From assembly GCA_904373265.1 (NCBI GenBank), contig CAJFEE010000004.1:33229-97228 (forward strand): a stretch of 64,000 bases of DNA. Reading direction: 5' to 3'. This DNA comes from Candidatus Harrysmithiimonas galli. GTDB taxonomy: Bacteria; Bacillota; Bacilli; CAJFEE01. Positions within the stretch are counted from its first letter, which is position 1, and every line of letters starts with the position of its first letter. The notes beneath the pieces were generated by a model. It ran no database searches. It saw nothing but the letters and a program-made list of their open reading frames with translations, and had not been told where the DNA came from. Both the position numbers and the translations under genes were made by a program. This document shows positions 33,221 through 43,199 of this stretch, in pieces.

Positions 33221-34285
33221 ATGAAGGATGATATACAAATTTATTTTGCAGAGCTTTTGCAGCAAGCTATGCAGATGGGTGGAACAGATATTCATTTTAT
33301 TCCGCTTGAAACGAATACACAGGTGCAAATTCGATATCAAGGAGAGTTAAAGAATATGCCACGACTTGATAAGGAAATTTATATACGAATCTGTACGCAT
33401 ATTAAATTTCTTGCACATTTAGATGTATCCAATGCACGAATTGCGCAAAGTGGTATGTTTATAAAATTTTTGTTGAATGAAGCCATTACCATTCGTGCCT
33501 CAACATTGCCAACAATTTTTGGTGAAAGTTTGGCATTGCGTTTGATTTATCGGAATAATGCGCGCTCTGTTCGTGACTTATCTGTTTTTCCAGAGGAACC
33601 AGAAAAAATTTTACAAATGATGAATGAAAATGTCGGGCTATATATTTTTTCTGGCGCAACGGGATCAGGAAAAACAACGACTATGTATACAGTATTGCAA
33701 GAAATGATGGATAAACAGAATTTAAACATTATTACGTTAGAGGATCCTGTGGAAATGAAGTGTGAAGGGATGATACAGGTACAGATGAATTTTTCTGCCG
33801 GATTGGACTATGCAGAGGGATTGCGGGCTGTTTTGCGTCATGATCCAGATGTGATTTTGGTCGGTGAAATTCGTGATGCAAAAACAGCAAAGTTGGCTGT
33901 GCGTGCGGCTTTAACAGGGCATCGTGTAATTTCTACAGTTCATGCGAAAAATTCATTCGGAACTTTGCTGCGTTTTTTGAATTATGGGTTGTCTTTTACA
34001 GACCTTGAGCAGTCTATTCAAGGTGTAATTACCCAAGCGCTTTATCCGTTATATTGTAAATTATGTAAAGGAAAATGTTCTAATTCAGCGCATCCTTTTT
34101 TTGCCCGTACACTTACTGGCTTATATGAAATTCTAGATGGTGATCTGTTAAAGCAAGCTTTGACGGATTTAAAACATGGCATTCGAGATTTTAACTTAGA
34201 AAATAATTTGGAGATGCAATTTAAAAAGGGGGTGTCCTATGGGTATTTTAAAGAAAAAGATCAGATTCAAATGGAGATTAAGTGA
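33221..34285 (+). CDS. comGA: Competence pseudopilus assembly ATPase ComGA
   Basis: ATG 33221 after AAGGAGG. Walker A GATGSGKTTT, Asp box ITLEDPVE, Walker B ILVGEIRD, His box. Confidence 0.85.
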   Translation: MKDDIQIYFAELLQQAMQMGGTDIHFIPLETNTQVQIRYQGELKNMPRLDKEIYIRICTHIKFLAHLDVSNARIAQSGMFIKFLLNEAITIRASTLPTIFGESLALRLIYRNNARSVRDLSVFPEEPEKILQMMNENVGLYIFSGATGSGKTTTMYTVLQEMMDKQNLNIITLEDPVEMKCEGMIQVQMNFSAGLDYAEGLRAVLRHDPDVILVGEIRDAKTAKLAVRAALTGHRVISTVHAKNSFGTLLRFLNYGLSFTDLEQSIQGVITQALYPLYCKLCKGKCSNSAHPFFARTLTGLYEILDGDLLKQALTDLKHGIRDFNLENNLEMQFKKGVSYGYFKEKDQIQMEIK

Positions 34286-35282
34286 CCAGCTTCAATTTTT
34301 TTATTATGTATCGCATTATACTGCAAATGGTGTCCCGTTAATAGATACATTGCAGCTACTCACACTTACGTTTTCGAAAAAATTCACATATGATCTTCAA
34401 CAAGTCATTGAGCATTTGAAAAGTGGAGAGAATTTATATGATATTTTCCAACGATTAAAATTTGATACAGATGTTGTAGTTATTTTTGAAATGGGGAAGG
34501 AAAATGAAAGAAGTCAACTGCTTTTTCATAAATGTTACCAAATTTTGCGACAAAAAAAGAATTTGCGTCAATTTATCCGTAAATTGTATACTTACCCATT
34601 GTTTTTGCTGCTGCTTGTTATTGCTTCTGGAATTTTTATGACACAAACCATTTTACCACAATATGCCAGTATGGTTCCGCAAAATGAAAGTGTTATTAGT
34701 GTTTTCTATTTTTTCATTCACCGTTTTTTTTCCTATGTGCCTTTGATTCTTCTTTTTTTCCTGCTAGCTATTATCTGCATTGTTATAGTTCTTCCATATA
34801 CGCCTGCTTCGGTTCAGATTTTTTTTCTAAAATTTCAACTTTTTCTCCCAAGTTATGGAAAAGTTATACGTAAGTTCCAAAGTTATTTTTTGTTACAACG
34901 TTTTCTAATGATTTTGCGGAGCCATCTCCCGCTAATTGATGGAATTCAATTATTTGCAAGTTCTCGAAATGCTTTAGTTCGTTATCAGGCAGAACGGATC
35001 CAATCTGGATTTCAATCTGGTGAGAATCTTCATGAAATTATTCGTCAAATCAAATTTTATGATCGTTCATTTGAACTGGTATTTTTCCATGCTGAAACAC
35101 ATGGTCATTTATTAAAGGAACTCGAAGGATATGCAGAGATTTTACAGGAAGAAATTTTTCGGATTGTTTCAAGAAGTTTAAAAGGATTCCAAGCTTTGAC
35201 ATTTTTATTGGTTGCAATTTACATTTTTGTTTTATATGGTGCAGTTTTACTTCCTATGTATACACTCTTTGAATCATTTTAG
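34239..35282 (+). CDS. comGB: Competence pseudopilus platform membrane protein ComGB
   Basis: GspF/PilC-like duplicated domain with 3 TM helices. Overlaps the comGA 3' end. Confidence 0.8.
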   Translation: MGILKKKIRFKWRLSDQLQFFYYVSHYTANGVPLIDTLQLLTLTFSKKFTYDLQQVIEHLKSGENLYDIFQRLKFDTDVVVIFEMGKENERSQLLFHKCYQILRQKKNLRQFIRKLYTYPLFLLLLVIASGIFMTQTILPQYASMVPQNESVISVFYFFIHRFFSYVPLILLFFLLAIICIVIVLPYTPASVQIFFLKFQLFLPSYGKVIRKFQSYFLLQRFLMILRSHLPLIDGIQLFASSRNALVRYQAERIQSGFQSGENLHEIIRQIKFYDRSFELVFFHAETHGHLLKELEGYAEILQEEIFRIVSRSLKGFQALTFLLVAIYIFVLYGAVLLPMYTLFESF

Positions 35283-35294
35283 GAGGAAGGATAA

Positions 35295-35645
35295 ATGAAA
35301 AGAAAAAAGCCTGTTTTACATGGATTTACTTTGATTGAGCTGTTAATCTGTTTGTTTATTATTACCATTATAGTTCTATTGATTATTCCCAATTTAAAAG
35401 ATCAAAAACATTTTATTGAAGATAAGGGTTGCGAAGCTTATGTCAAAATGATTGATACACAAATTGAAGCATATGAATTAAAAGAAAATAAAGATGCGAC
35501 TCTTGAGGAGCTGGTAAAAAACGGATATGTCAAAACAAATGCTGAAGGAAAGGTGGTTTGTCCAGCAAATGGGGAAATTTCAATTCATGCGGATGGATCT
35601 GCCCAATGTTCTCATCAGACAAATCAAAAGGAAAAATCTTCATGA
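35295..35645 (+). CDS. comGC: Major competence pseudopilin ComGC
   Basis: Prepilin N-terminus KPVLHGFTLIELLICLFI (G/F cleavage site, Glu+5). C-terminal Cys pair. Confidence 0.8.
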   Translation: MKRKKPVLHGFTLIELLICLFIITIIVLLIIPNLKDQKHFIEDKGCEAYVKMIDTQIEAYELKENKDATLEELVKNGYVKTNAEGKVVCPANGEISIHADGSAQCSHQTNQKEKSS

Positions 35646-36109
35646 AATTAAGGTATTTTCAGATTAGAAGAGATTTATCTTTTTGTGGGTTTACCTTGAT
35701 TGAAATGCTTCTGGTTTTATTTGCTGTTTTGCTTTTGACTCATTTTGCTTACTTAGTTTTTCCTCAAGCGTCAGAACATGAACAGGTGGAAGGAGGGTTT
35801 AAACGAATTGAGCATGCGCTTTATATCGCGCAGCAATATGCCATTATGAACCGTACTTATACAATGGTTCGGTATACAAAGTCGAATAAGCAATTTGAAG
35901 TGTCAGATTATTTTACAAAAAAGGTACTTTATACGTTTACATTCCCAATTGATATTTTCCCAATTATTTATACGAATGAATTACGTATTCAAGTTACAGA
36001 GCAAGGTAGCTTTTCAAAAAGTCAAACGTACTATTTTCAAACACCAGTTGGGAAATATCGATTGGTGTTACTTTTAGGTCAAGGTAGGTTTTACTATGAA
36101 AAAATGTGA
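35642..36109 (+). CDS. comGD: Minor pseudopilin ComGD
   Basis: ATG 35642 overlaps the comGC stop (ATGA). Prepilin motif CGFTLIEMLLVL. Confidence 0.7.
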   Translation: MKLRYFQIRRDLSFCGFTLIEMLLVLFAVLLLTHFAYLVFPQASEHEQVEGGFKRIEHALYIAQQYAIMNRTYTMVRYTKSNKQFEVSDYFTKKVLYTFTFPIDIFPIIYTNELRIQVTEQGSFSKSQTYYFQTPVGKYRLVLLLGQGRFYYEKM

Positions 36110-36437
36110 ACGAGGTACGGTACTTATTCAAAGTTTATTCTTATATTTTTTAATTATTTTTATTATTTTATTTTCTATGGATATTTTTCAAACTTTAATT
36201 CATCAGGTTGTGAATCAAGCGAGAAGTTTAAAAGCACATCAAATCTTAAAATGGGAGACGGAACGATATGTGACCGGATTGCAGGATTTATCTTTTGTTA
36301 AAGATTTTCCGCCGAATTTATGGGTTGAACGAAGGGGGGAAATAATTTGTGTCTCTTATTTGGATGCGGCTCAAACGAAGCAGGAAATTTGTAATTGCGC
36401 TCTTTTTAAGAACACGTCAAGGCAGTTTGTTGATTGA
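36096..36437 (+). CDS. comGE: Minor pseudopilin ComGE
   Basis: 113 aa with a hydrophobic N-terminal segment after ERGTVLIQSLF. Assigned by operon position. Confidence 0.55.
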   Translation: MKKCERGTVLIQSLFLYFLIIFIILFSMDIFQTLIHQVVNQARSLKAHQILKWETERYVTGLQDLSFVKDFPPNLWVERRGEIICVSYLDAAQTKQEICNCALFKNTSRQFVD

Positions 36438-36843
36438 ATGTATTTTTGCAATTTGGGTGCTTACTCTGTCTTTTTTCTTGTTGCATACTTTTTGGATTGG
36501 AATAAACAAACAAACAGATCTTCTGCATATGTCAGAAAATCAGATGCAATGGACTGTATTTTTAGAAAAATTACAAACAGAACTATATCGTTCGGATTTT
36601 TCCCAAATTCAGGTCTATAGACGTCAAATATATTTTTTAAATTCTCAAAATGAAAAAATTTCTTATGAAGTAAATAAGGGAAAGCTACGGCGTCAAGTAT
36701 TTCATGCCGGCAATGATATTGTTCTTTTAGGTGTAAAGGATGCAGTGTTTACACTTGCCCCAGATGGTAGAAGCATCATGATTCAAGTTGAGTTTTTAAA
36801 TGGAGAAAAGAAAAAGGAGTGGATTTTCTATCATAAAGTTTGA
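36349..36843 (+). CDS. comGF: Minor pseudopilin ComGF
   Basis: GTG start after AAGGGGGG. Degenerate prepilin motif QGSLLIECIFAIWVL. Assigned by operon position. Confidence 0.6.
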   Translation: MSLIWMRLKRSRKFVIALFLRTRQGSLLIECIFAIWVLTLSFFLLHTFWIGINKQTDLLHMSENQMQWTVFLEKLQTELYRSDFSQIQVYRRQIYFLNSQNEKISYEVNKGKLRRQVFHAGNDIVLLGVKDAVFTLAPDGRSIMIQVEFLNGEKKKEWIFYHKV

Positions 36844-37237
36844 TTATAGACTTAGGAAAAAGGGGATAAGGGCGGGGTATACAATGTTGATTCCATTGGC
36901 ATTGTTGTTTGTGTTATTGTCTTTTCTTGCCATGCATACTCCACTGTTGATGGATGAAATTCGTTTTTCAGTTCAAAGTGAACATCGATTGAAAATACAT
37001 ACATATCGAGTGAATGTATTACAAGAAGTGGTTTCATTTTGCTCAAGTTTGGAAGCAGAAACAACAGATACGCTAGTAAAAGATGGTGTAATCAATCGAT
37101 TTGAGATAAAATGGATGAATCAAAAACAAAATTCAGCAGAGAAACAAGTGATTTGGTATATGGATTTGAATGGCTTTTCTTATGAATGTTCTTTTATAAT
37201 GGAGGGCGGAAAAATAAAAAAGTGGAATTATTGGTGA
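36800..37237 (+). CDS. comGG: ComGG-like competence protein (start uncertain)
   Basis: Last gene of the comG operon. RAGYTMLIPLALLF resembles the ComGG N-terminus. The start codon could be 36800 or internal. Confidence 0.5.
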   Translation: MEKRKRSGFSIIKFDYRLRKKGIRAGYTMLIPLALLFVLLSFLAMHTPLLMDEIRFSVQSEHRLKIHTYRVNVLQEVVSFCSSLEAETTDTLVKDGVINRFEIKWMNQKQNSAEKQVIWYMDLNGFSYECSFIMEGGKIKKWNYW

Positions 37238-37249
37238 GGAAGTGTATAA

Positions 37250-37750
37250 ATGAAACCTATTTTCTTAATCGGATTTATGGGAAGTGGCAAATCAACTGTT
37301 GGAAAGGCACTGCAAAATATATTGGATTGGGATTTTGTGGATACTGATGCGCTGTTTGAAGCGGAGGAAAAATTTAATATCTCAGATTATTTTGCCCGTT
37401 TTGGTGAGATTCATTTTCGAAAGAAAGAGCATATGTATTTAAAGCGAAGTACACAAGACAATACGATTGTTTCAACAGGGGGAGGCATTGTTCTTAGGTT
37501 GGATAATGTCATTTGGATGCAAAGCCATGGAACGATTGTATATTTGGCTACATCGTTTGAACAAATTGTTAAGCGTCTATATGGGGATATGTCAAGACCT
37601 TTGTTTCAGGCTGAGGATATGCAAGCAACTTATAAACGTTTTACTTCACGTTTGCCATTGTATGAATCTGCAGCGAATTATGTTGTGCAAACGGATGGTT
37701 TATCTCCGGTGGAAATTGCCGATCAATTGGTCGTACAATTAAAGCTGTAA
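37250..37750 (+). CDS. aroK: Shikimate kinase
   Basis: 166 aa with P-loop GFMGSGKSTVG, DTD, and STGGG. Confidence 0.85.
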   Translation: MKPIFLIGFMGSGKSTVGKALQNILDWDFVDTDALFEAEEKFNISDYFARFGEIHFRKKEHMYLKRSTQDNTIVSTGGGIVLRLDNVIWMQSHGTIVYLATSFEQIVKRLYGDMSRPLFQAEDMQATYKRFTSRLPLYESAANYVVQTDGLSPVEIADQLVVQLKL

Positions 37751-37838
37751 CCAATTTATGAGAGATTTTATATTACAGTATAAGTGGTGAATAAACTGGA
37801 TAAAATAAGTCTAACGTTATAGAACGGGAGCGGGTTTT

Positions 37839-38030
37839 ATGAAAACAAATGATTATGTGAAATTTGTGACACAAGAGATGATGAAACAGCTAAATCAGCC
37901 AAGGGAAGCTTTGATTGAACAAAAACGAAAAAGAAAAGCAGAAAGAGAGCCAAGAACGGTAAAATGGTTTGGTATGATTCCGATGTCTGTTTCTTTATGG
38001 TTTCGTAAAAACTTTCGTTTTAAAAAGTAG
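37839..38030 (+). CDS. YqzE-family small protein
   Basis: 63 aa, MKTNDYVKFVTQEMMKQLNQP...KWFGMIPMSVSLWF. Same position after comG as B. subtilis yqzE. Confidence 0.5.
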   Translation: MKTNDYVKFVTQEMMKQLNQPREALIEQKRKRKAEREPRTVKWFGMIPMSVSLWFRKNFRFKK

Positions 38031-38478
38031 AAATAGTGCTTAGTGATACGATGTGTTGTGTGTCGATATTGAGCTTTGTTAAAAATATCTCCGATCCGAT
38101 TGATATGGATGGGGATATTTTTATTGAAATATAATGATTTTGTTAGATTCAAGGACATAGATGAAAAATATTACAGTGTTGTTTCAATCTCAAAATGTAT
38201 TGAGACAAGGTATAATTGTTTTTTTTGGGGATTAATGGTTCAAAAAAGAGAGGAGAATAATATTGTTTTAGAAATCATTTGTTTTTTTATTAGATGTATT
38301 ATAAAATTTCGTTGTATAAAATTATTTGAAGCAAAAAAAGTTATTCTGTTATTTCTCTATTCTGACATATTATACTTTGTTTTACATGCCTTGATCATGA
38401 ATTCTTTTCTTTTGCTTTTTTGAGGGCTTATATGGAAAATATTTCCAAATATTTATCTGTTTTTAGCTTTTTGTACAG

Positions 38479-39258
38479 TTATTGTAAATAAAAAATGCCG
38501 CCATGTAAGAAACAAATTTGAATTTTGGGTTCATACAGATTTTGTAAATCTACCATTTCTTTTTGATAGAGCGAGTTGGTTTTTCGTTCTTCCTCTGTAT
38601 AGAAATGCCAAAGTAAGGCAATGTCTTCTTTCCATCGTATTTTTGCTTTTTCAAATGAGGTTAAGTCTTCTCCCAATGCAATTGTTTTTAATACTTCTTT
38701 GATTCGTTTGAGTCCGCTTTTAGGGGTGATTAACGGCGATAAAGTAAAAGAATAGTCTGGGATTTTTTTGCTCATTTTTTTATTGTGTAATTCATCATAA
38801 AAATGATTTCGCATTTGTCCGTTAATTAAATTTAATCCAATTGAAAAAAATTTTTCCCATCCAATGTCACATTGAAATAAAATTTTTCCGTTGACATGTA
38901 GCCACGGATAAAGAGAGGTTTGAGGATTCTTTTGAGAGGGTTCTTCATATAGCCGAATCCAAGCTCCACTTTGTTTGACATAGCGGAAAATTTGTTGCGC
39001 ACGTGGTGAGCCGAAATGAATGTATTCTCCTTTGTAGGGTTGTGGCGTATTTCTGTCAAAATATAAAGTTAATGTTAAAGGTTGACCTTTTTCTCCGATT
39101 TTTTCTAAATAGTGCCAATAAAACGGACGATTCATTAAAGCTTTGTCCATCTCAACTGTCAATTGAATATGTAGAAAAGTGTTGTTTTCATCTAAAATTT
39201 GACAGTGGTGGGCAAGAAAAAATTGACGTATATAATTATGAAAAATAACGTTGTTCAT
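38479..39258 (-). CDS. YqhG-family protein of unknown function
   Basis: About 259 aa directly downstream of the SNF2 gene and overlapping it. The conserved-looking NRPFYWHYLEK segment fits. Start chosen at ATG 39258. Confidence 0.6.
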   Translation of the reverse strand: MNNVIFHNYIRQFFLAHHCQILDENNTFLHIQLTVEMDKALMNRPFYWHYLEKIGEKGQPLTLTLYFDRNTPQPYKGEYIHFGSPRAQQIFRYVKQSGAWIRLYEEPSQKNPQTSLYPWLHVNGKILFQCDIGWEKFFSIGLNLINGQMRNHFYDELHNKKMSKKIPDYSFTLSPLITPKSGLKRIKEVLKTIALGEDLTSFEKAKIRWKEDIALLWHFYTEEERKTNSLYQKEMVDLQNLYEPKIQICFLHGGIFYLQ

Positions 39259-40909
39259 GTTGGTGTTGCGTCCCTTCATCATTTATAATTTCTGTTAGTA
39301 TGTTTATTTTGACATCAAGTTCTTGTTCGCTATTTGAATGTGCCAATGCATCAGAAAGATAAGCTTCAAAATTGATTCCTTCAAAGCGTGCCAAAATTTC
39401 ATCGAGTTCACCAACCACCCGTTTGAATACCTCGATTTTTTCATATAAAAGCTGTAAAATTTTTTCTTCAACGGTATGTTGTGTTGCAAAATTATAAATA
39501 TGAACATCTTTTTTTTGTCCCAACCGATGAATTCGTCCGATTCTTTGTTCAAGCCGCATTGGATTCCATGGCAGATCAAAATTAATTAAAACATGACAAA
39601 ATTGTAAGTTCATTCCTTCACTGCCTGCTTCTGTCGCAATGAGAATTTGTGCTTTCGTTTGAAATAATTCTTTCATCCAATCCTTTTTTCCACGTTTAAA
39701 TCCGCCGCGAAAAGGAATGGCACTTAGGTGATGTTGTTGGAAAAACCATTGTAAATAATATTGGGTGGCTTGATATCCTGTAAAAATAATAACTTTATCA
39801 TTGGTTTTACGAATGATTTCCAATGCTTTTTCTGCTTTCATATTGACGCTTTTTCTTTGCAATAAATGAATAAGTTGTTCTATTATTTTCGTTTCATCTG
39901 AATTCATTTCTTTTGTTTTTATCCATTTTTGCAAGGTCATATAGACAGCTTCTTTGCTGCTGCAGGCTTCTCGCTCCAACGTCAACAAAGAAAGCGGATT
40001 AAAGTGTAGTTTTGGTGAGTGCTTCATATTTTGAATATATGTGTAAACTTCTCGTTCTTCCTGACTGAATACAATGATTTCATTATGGATTTTTCGTTTG
40101 GTCCATTGAATTTCTGTATCTTGTCTCCGATTTCGAACCATAACTCGTTTAACAAGTGCTTGAAGCTGTGCATCATTTGTAAAACATCTTTTATTGGCTC
40201 GAAAATTTTGTATAAATGTAGTCGAACTGCCCAAATGCCCAGGCTTCAATAAAGAAATTAAATGATAAATTTCTTCAATTTTATTTTGAATCGGTGTTGC
40301 GGTAAGGAGTAGACAATACTTTTTATGCAGTTTTTGAACAAATTCATAGTTTTTGGTTTTGGGATTTTTGAGCTTATGAGCTTCATCAATAATAATCAGA
40401 TCATAGTTTTGTTCTAAGATCATTTCTTGGTTTGGGCTTCGCTTGGCAGTATCCAAAGAAGAAACGACGATATCCCAAAGACCCCAATCCGGATTTTTTT
40501 TTGGAGCAACAGCCGGAATAAAAAATTTTTGATTGAGTTCAATGACCCATTGCGAAACGAGTGAAGCTGGTACAAGGATTAATGCTTTGCTTACACGTCC
40601 ACGCATCATATATTCTTTTAAAATTAATCCGGCTTCAATGGTCTTTCCTAAACCGACTTCATCTGCCAATATTGCTTTTCCATGCATATCTTCAATTACC
40701 TGTTTAGCTGTTGCAAGCTGATGTGGGTAAATTTGTAAATGCGGCAAATGTTTGATGGAAACAAGTGTATTTTTCTCTTGAACACTTGTGTTTTTGATGG
40801 CTTCATAGGCAAGCTGAAATGTTAAGATATCAGACCATGGACCATCGTTTTCCAATTTATGAAAAAAGGTATCTTCCCATGTAGTGTCAAAGGTTATGGA
40901 ATAGTTCAT
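39236..40909 (-). CDS. SNF2-family DEAD/H helicase-like ATPase (YqhH-like)
   Basis: Motif I DEVGLGKTIEAG, motif II IIDEAHKLKN, TATPIQN, and C-terminal helicase motifs LIATEAGSEGMNLQ and QRIGRIHRLGQ. Confidence 0.85.
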   Translation of the reverse strand: MNYSITFDTTWEDTFFHKLENDGPWSDILTFQLAYEAIKNTSVQEKNTLVSIKHLPHLQIYPHQLATAKQVIEDMHGKAILADEVGLGKTIEAGLILKEYMMRGRVSKALILVPASLVSQWVIELNQKFFIPAVAPKKNPDWGLWDIVVSSLDTAKRSPNQEMILEQNYDLIIIDEAHKLKNPKTKNYEFVQKLHKKYCLLLTATPIQNKIEEIYHLISLLKPGHLGSSTTFIQNFRANKRCFTNDAQLQALVKRVMVRNRRQDTEIQWTKRKIHNEIIVFSQEEREVYTYIQNMKHSPKLHFNPLSLLTLEREACSSKEAVYMTLQKWIKTKEMNSDETKIIEQLIHLLQRKSVNMKAEKALEIIRKTNDKVIIFTGYQATQYYLQWFFQQHHLSAIPFRGGFKRGKKDWMKELFQTKAQILIATEAGSEGMNLQFCHVLINFDLPWNPMRLEQRIGRIHRLGQKKDVHIYNFATQHTVEEKILQLLYEKIEVFKRVVGELDEILARFEGINFEAYLSDALAHSNSEQELDVKINILTEIINDEGTQHQHEQRYFS

Positions 40910-41366
40910 TTTTTTTCCTCGCATTCAAATTATTACAGATTAGTTTGACCGCCTAGGCGCAAAAATATGTAGCACATGTTGGAAAAATTGGTAAAAGCTG
41001 CGTTATGATTTCAATAATATACGAATACATGCAGTGAATGGGTATAGGATTTTTTCATTGTCTACGATGATATGAACTTTCATTTTTTCTGATATCAATA
41101 CTTACATAATAATGTCCACTTATCCATTTTTTAAAGTCTCACATAATAAATATTTTGCTATGGATTCAACCAGATATAATCTTGATATGATTTTGTGTCA
41201 AGTGAATAAGTATAAAAAATATAATCCGTAAATTTTGATAGATATATTATTTTCCTTCGATCATTCATTCTTTTCGATGATTTTCAGTTTATTACATGAT
41301 CAATGATTTATATTAGCAAGTAATTCACTATGCATACAATTTTTATAAAAATAATGTGTATTTAAT

Positions 41367-41395
41367 TTGCATATTTTGTTTTTCTATGCTATATT
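41367..41395 (+). promoter_or_regulatory. Candidate sigma-A promoter of the globin gene
   Basis: TTGCAT - 17 nt - TATATT, about 40 nt upstream of the ATG. Sequence inspection only. Confidence 0.35.
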
Positions 41396-41434
41396 GACCT
41401 TAGAATAAAAATAAAAAACTAAGGGGAGAAAGAA

Positions 41435-41872
41435 ATGTTAGATCAAAAAACAATTGAAATTGTCAAAAGTACAGTACCAGCACTAAAAGAACATGGATTA
41501 ACAATTACGAAAACTTTTTACAAAAATATGTTTGAAAAAAATCCAGAAGTTAAAGTATTGTTCAATATGGAAAATCAAAAATCGGAAAAACAACCTAAGG
41601 CATTGGCGATGACAGTTCTAGCTGCAGCACAAAACATTGATAATCTTGAGACCTTAATGCCCGCTGTACAAAAAATTGCAGAAGTACATTGTGATTGTTT
41701 AGTAAAAGAGGAACATTATCCAATCGTTGGAAAGCATTTATTGGGGGCGATTAAAGAAGTGCTAGGTGAAAATGCAACAGATGAAATTCTTGATGCATGG
41801 AAAAAAGCTTACGGGGTTATTGCACAAATTTTCATTGATGTAGAAAAGCAAGTTTACGCAAAAAGAGCATAA
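41435..41872 (+). CDS. Single-domain bacterial haemoglobin (flavohaemoglobin-type globin without reductase domain)
   Basis: 145 aa. [21 protein letters not shown]...TFYKNMF...[10 protein letters not shown]... aligns with the Hmp/Vgb N-terminus. Tyr29, Gln53 and His85 sit at the canonical B10/E7/F8 positions. The stop codon is followed by an unrelated gene. Confidence 0.8.
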   Translation: MLDQKTIEIVKSTVPALKEHGLTITKTFYKNMFEKNPEVKVLFNMENQKSEKQPKALAMTVLAAAQNIDNLETLMPAVQKIAEVHCDCLVKEEHYPIVGKHLLGAIKEVLGENATDEILDAWKKAYGVIAQIFIDVEKQVYAKRA

Positions 41873-41883
41873 TTTATTTCAGT

Positions 41884-42240
41884 ATGCGTTTTCTCTTTTT
41901 TATTATGGGTTTGATGTTTTTTTCCTGTGCAATGGTTGGTATTTTTCTTCCAGTTGTACCAACAACACCATTTCTTATTTTAAGTACCTATTGTTTTGGG
42001 AAAAGCTCTACTCGTTTTCATCATTGGCTAACATCAAGTGTGGTTTATCATAAATATGCTAAAGACTTTGTAGAGAATAAAACATTGCCACGTAAGCGAA
42101 AAGTTTTTTTGCTTACATTGGCATCCAGTATGCTCCTATTTCCATTCGTCATGCTTGAGTTCATATGGAAAATAGTGATTGTTCTTGTCTATATATACCT
42201 TTATTATTATTTTATTTTTAAAATTAAAACAAGTGAGTAA
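41884..42240 (+). CDS. DUF454 (YbaN-like) inner membrane protein
   Basis: 118 aa, GIFLPVVPTTPFLILSTYCFGKSSTRFHHWL, typical of the DUF454 family. Confidence 0.7.
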   Translation: MRFLFFIMGLMFFSCAMVGIFLPVVPTTPFLILSTYCFGKSSTRFHHWLTSSVVYHKYAKDFVENKTLPRKRKVFLLTLASSMLLFPFVMLEFIWKIVIVLVYIYLYYYFIFKIKTSE

Positions 42241-42252
42241 TTTTATGTATAA

Positions 42253-42303
42253 AAAGGACTGAAAAAATCAAAGAACTGTGATTTTTTCAGTCCTTTGATT
42301 TTT
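42253..42303. terminator. Strong (bidirectional) rho-independent terminator
   Basis: Perfect 18-bp stem aaaggactgaaaaaatca / tgattttttcagtccttt, with flanking A/T runs. Confidence 0.75.
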
Positions 42304-42692
42304 CATCATAAATATTTGGATGAATGTTATGTTTTGATGCCATATTCATTTTATAAATATGGATAATTAATTTTAATCTTTTGTCTGGTTATAAGGGGAA
42401 GAATAGATGGATTGTTTGTGAAATGACAAAGCCTAGGAAAAAAGTTTTATCATTGTAGCAATCTGTTTATGCTGTATATCTGATCAATTGTATTTTCTCA
42501 AAACTAGGTGGTTTTTTTCCTGTGCGATTTATGAATACAGTAATTTTGTCCCGATTGCTATGTTGTTTTGGAAGAACGAAATAAAAGAAAGCTAACCAAA
42601 CAATAAAGATGACATTTTAAGATAAAATTTAATCAAATGATTCCAGCAAATAAAAAATCCAAGTTATTCATTGTCTTCCAAGTCCTGTGATG

Positions 42693-43067
42693 TTATTTTT
42701 TTATTTTTCCGGACCAATTTTTAAATCCTCCAGACAACATATAAATATCCTTATAGCCCTTTTTCTTTAAAGTTAATGCGGCCCTTCCACTGCGGATTCC
42801 ATTTGCACAATATAAGTAAATTGGTTTGTCTTTTCGCAATTCTTTGATACGCATATTAAGCTGAGACATCGGTAGATTTCTTGCACCTAAAATATGGCCT
42901 GTTTGATATACTTCACGTTCGCGTAAGTCAATGAGTTGCGCTTTCCGGTAACCCTCGATAAATTCATCCTGTGTTAAGATTGTTACGGCACGTTTTTGTA
43001 AAATCAACATAACAATGAAATAAATGACAATCGCAATAACAATAATTATTGAAATCCAAAATGACAT
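42693..43067 (-). CDS. Membrane-anchored rhodanese-domain protein (YqhL-like)
   Basis: Start moved to ATG 43067 (AAGGAG upstream). N-terminal TM helix, then a rhodanese fold with active-site loop YCANGIRSG. Confidence 0.75.
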   Translation of the reverse strand: MSFWISIIIVIAIVIYFIVMLILQKRAVTILTQDEFIEGYRKAQLIDLREREVYQTGHILGARNLPMSQLNMRIKELRKDKPIYLYCANGIRSGRAALTLKKKGYKDIYMLSGGFKNWSGKIKK

Positions 43068-43199
43068 CTTTGTACTCCTTTTTCTTATTTTTTCTTTTTT
43101 ATTATCTCTATTTTCTTTGATAAATTCAATGAAAATCGTTTCTTTTCTTTTGGATCTCTGCATAAGTTATAAGAAAGAACATATAAAGAGGGGAACCAG

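Noticed and set aside
38076-38423. 115-aa ORF between yqzE-like and yqhG-like genes
   Set aside because: Its composition is AT-driven and rich in Ile, Phe, Leu and Lys. It has no RBS and no recognisable motif, so it is likely non-coding spacer.
41329-41380. Imperfect dyads (atgcatacaat...aatgtgtat, atgtgtatttaatttgcatat) upstream of the globin gene as possible NsrR/Rex-type operators
   Set aside because: The symmetry is poor, and I cannot reproduce a known consensus confidently from memory. This needs a PWM scan.
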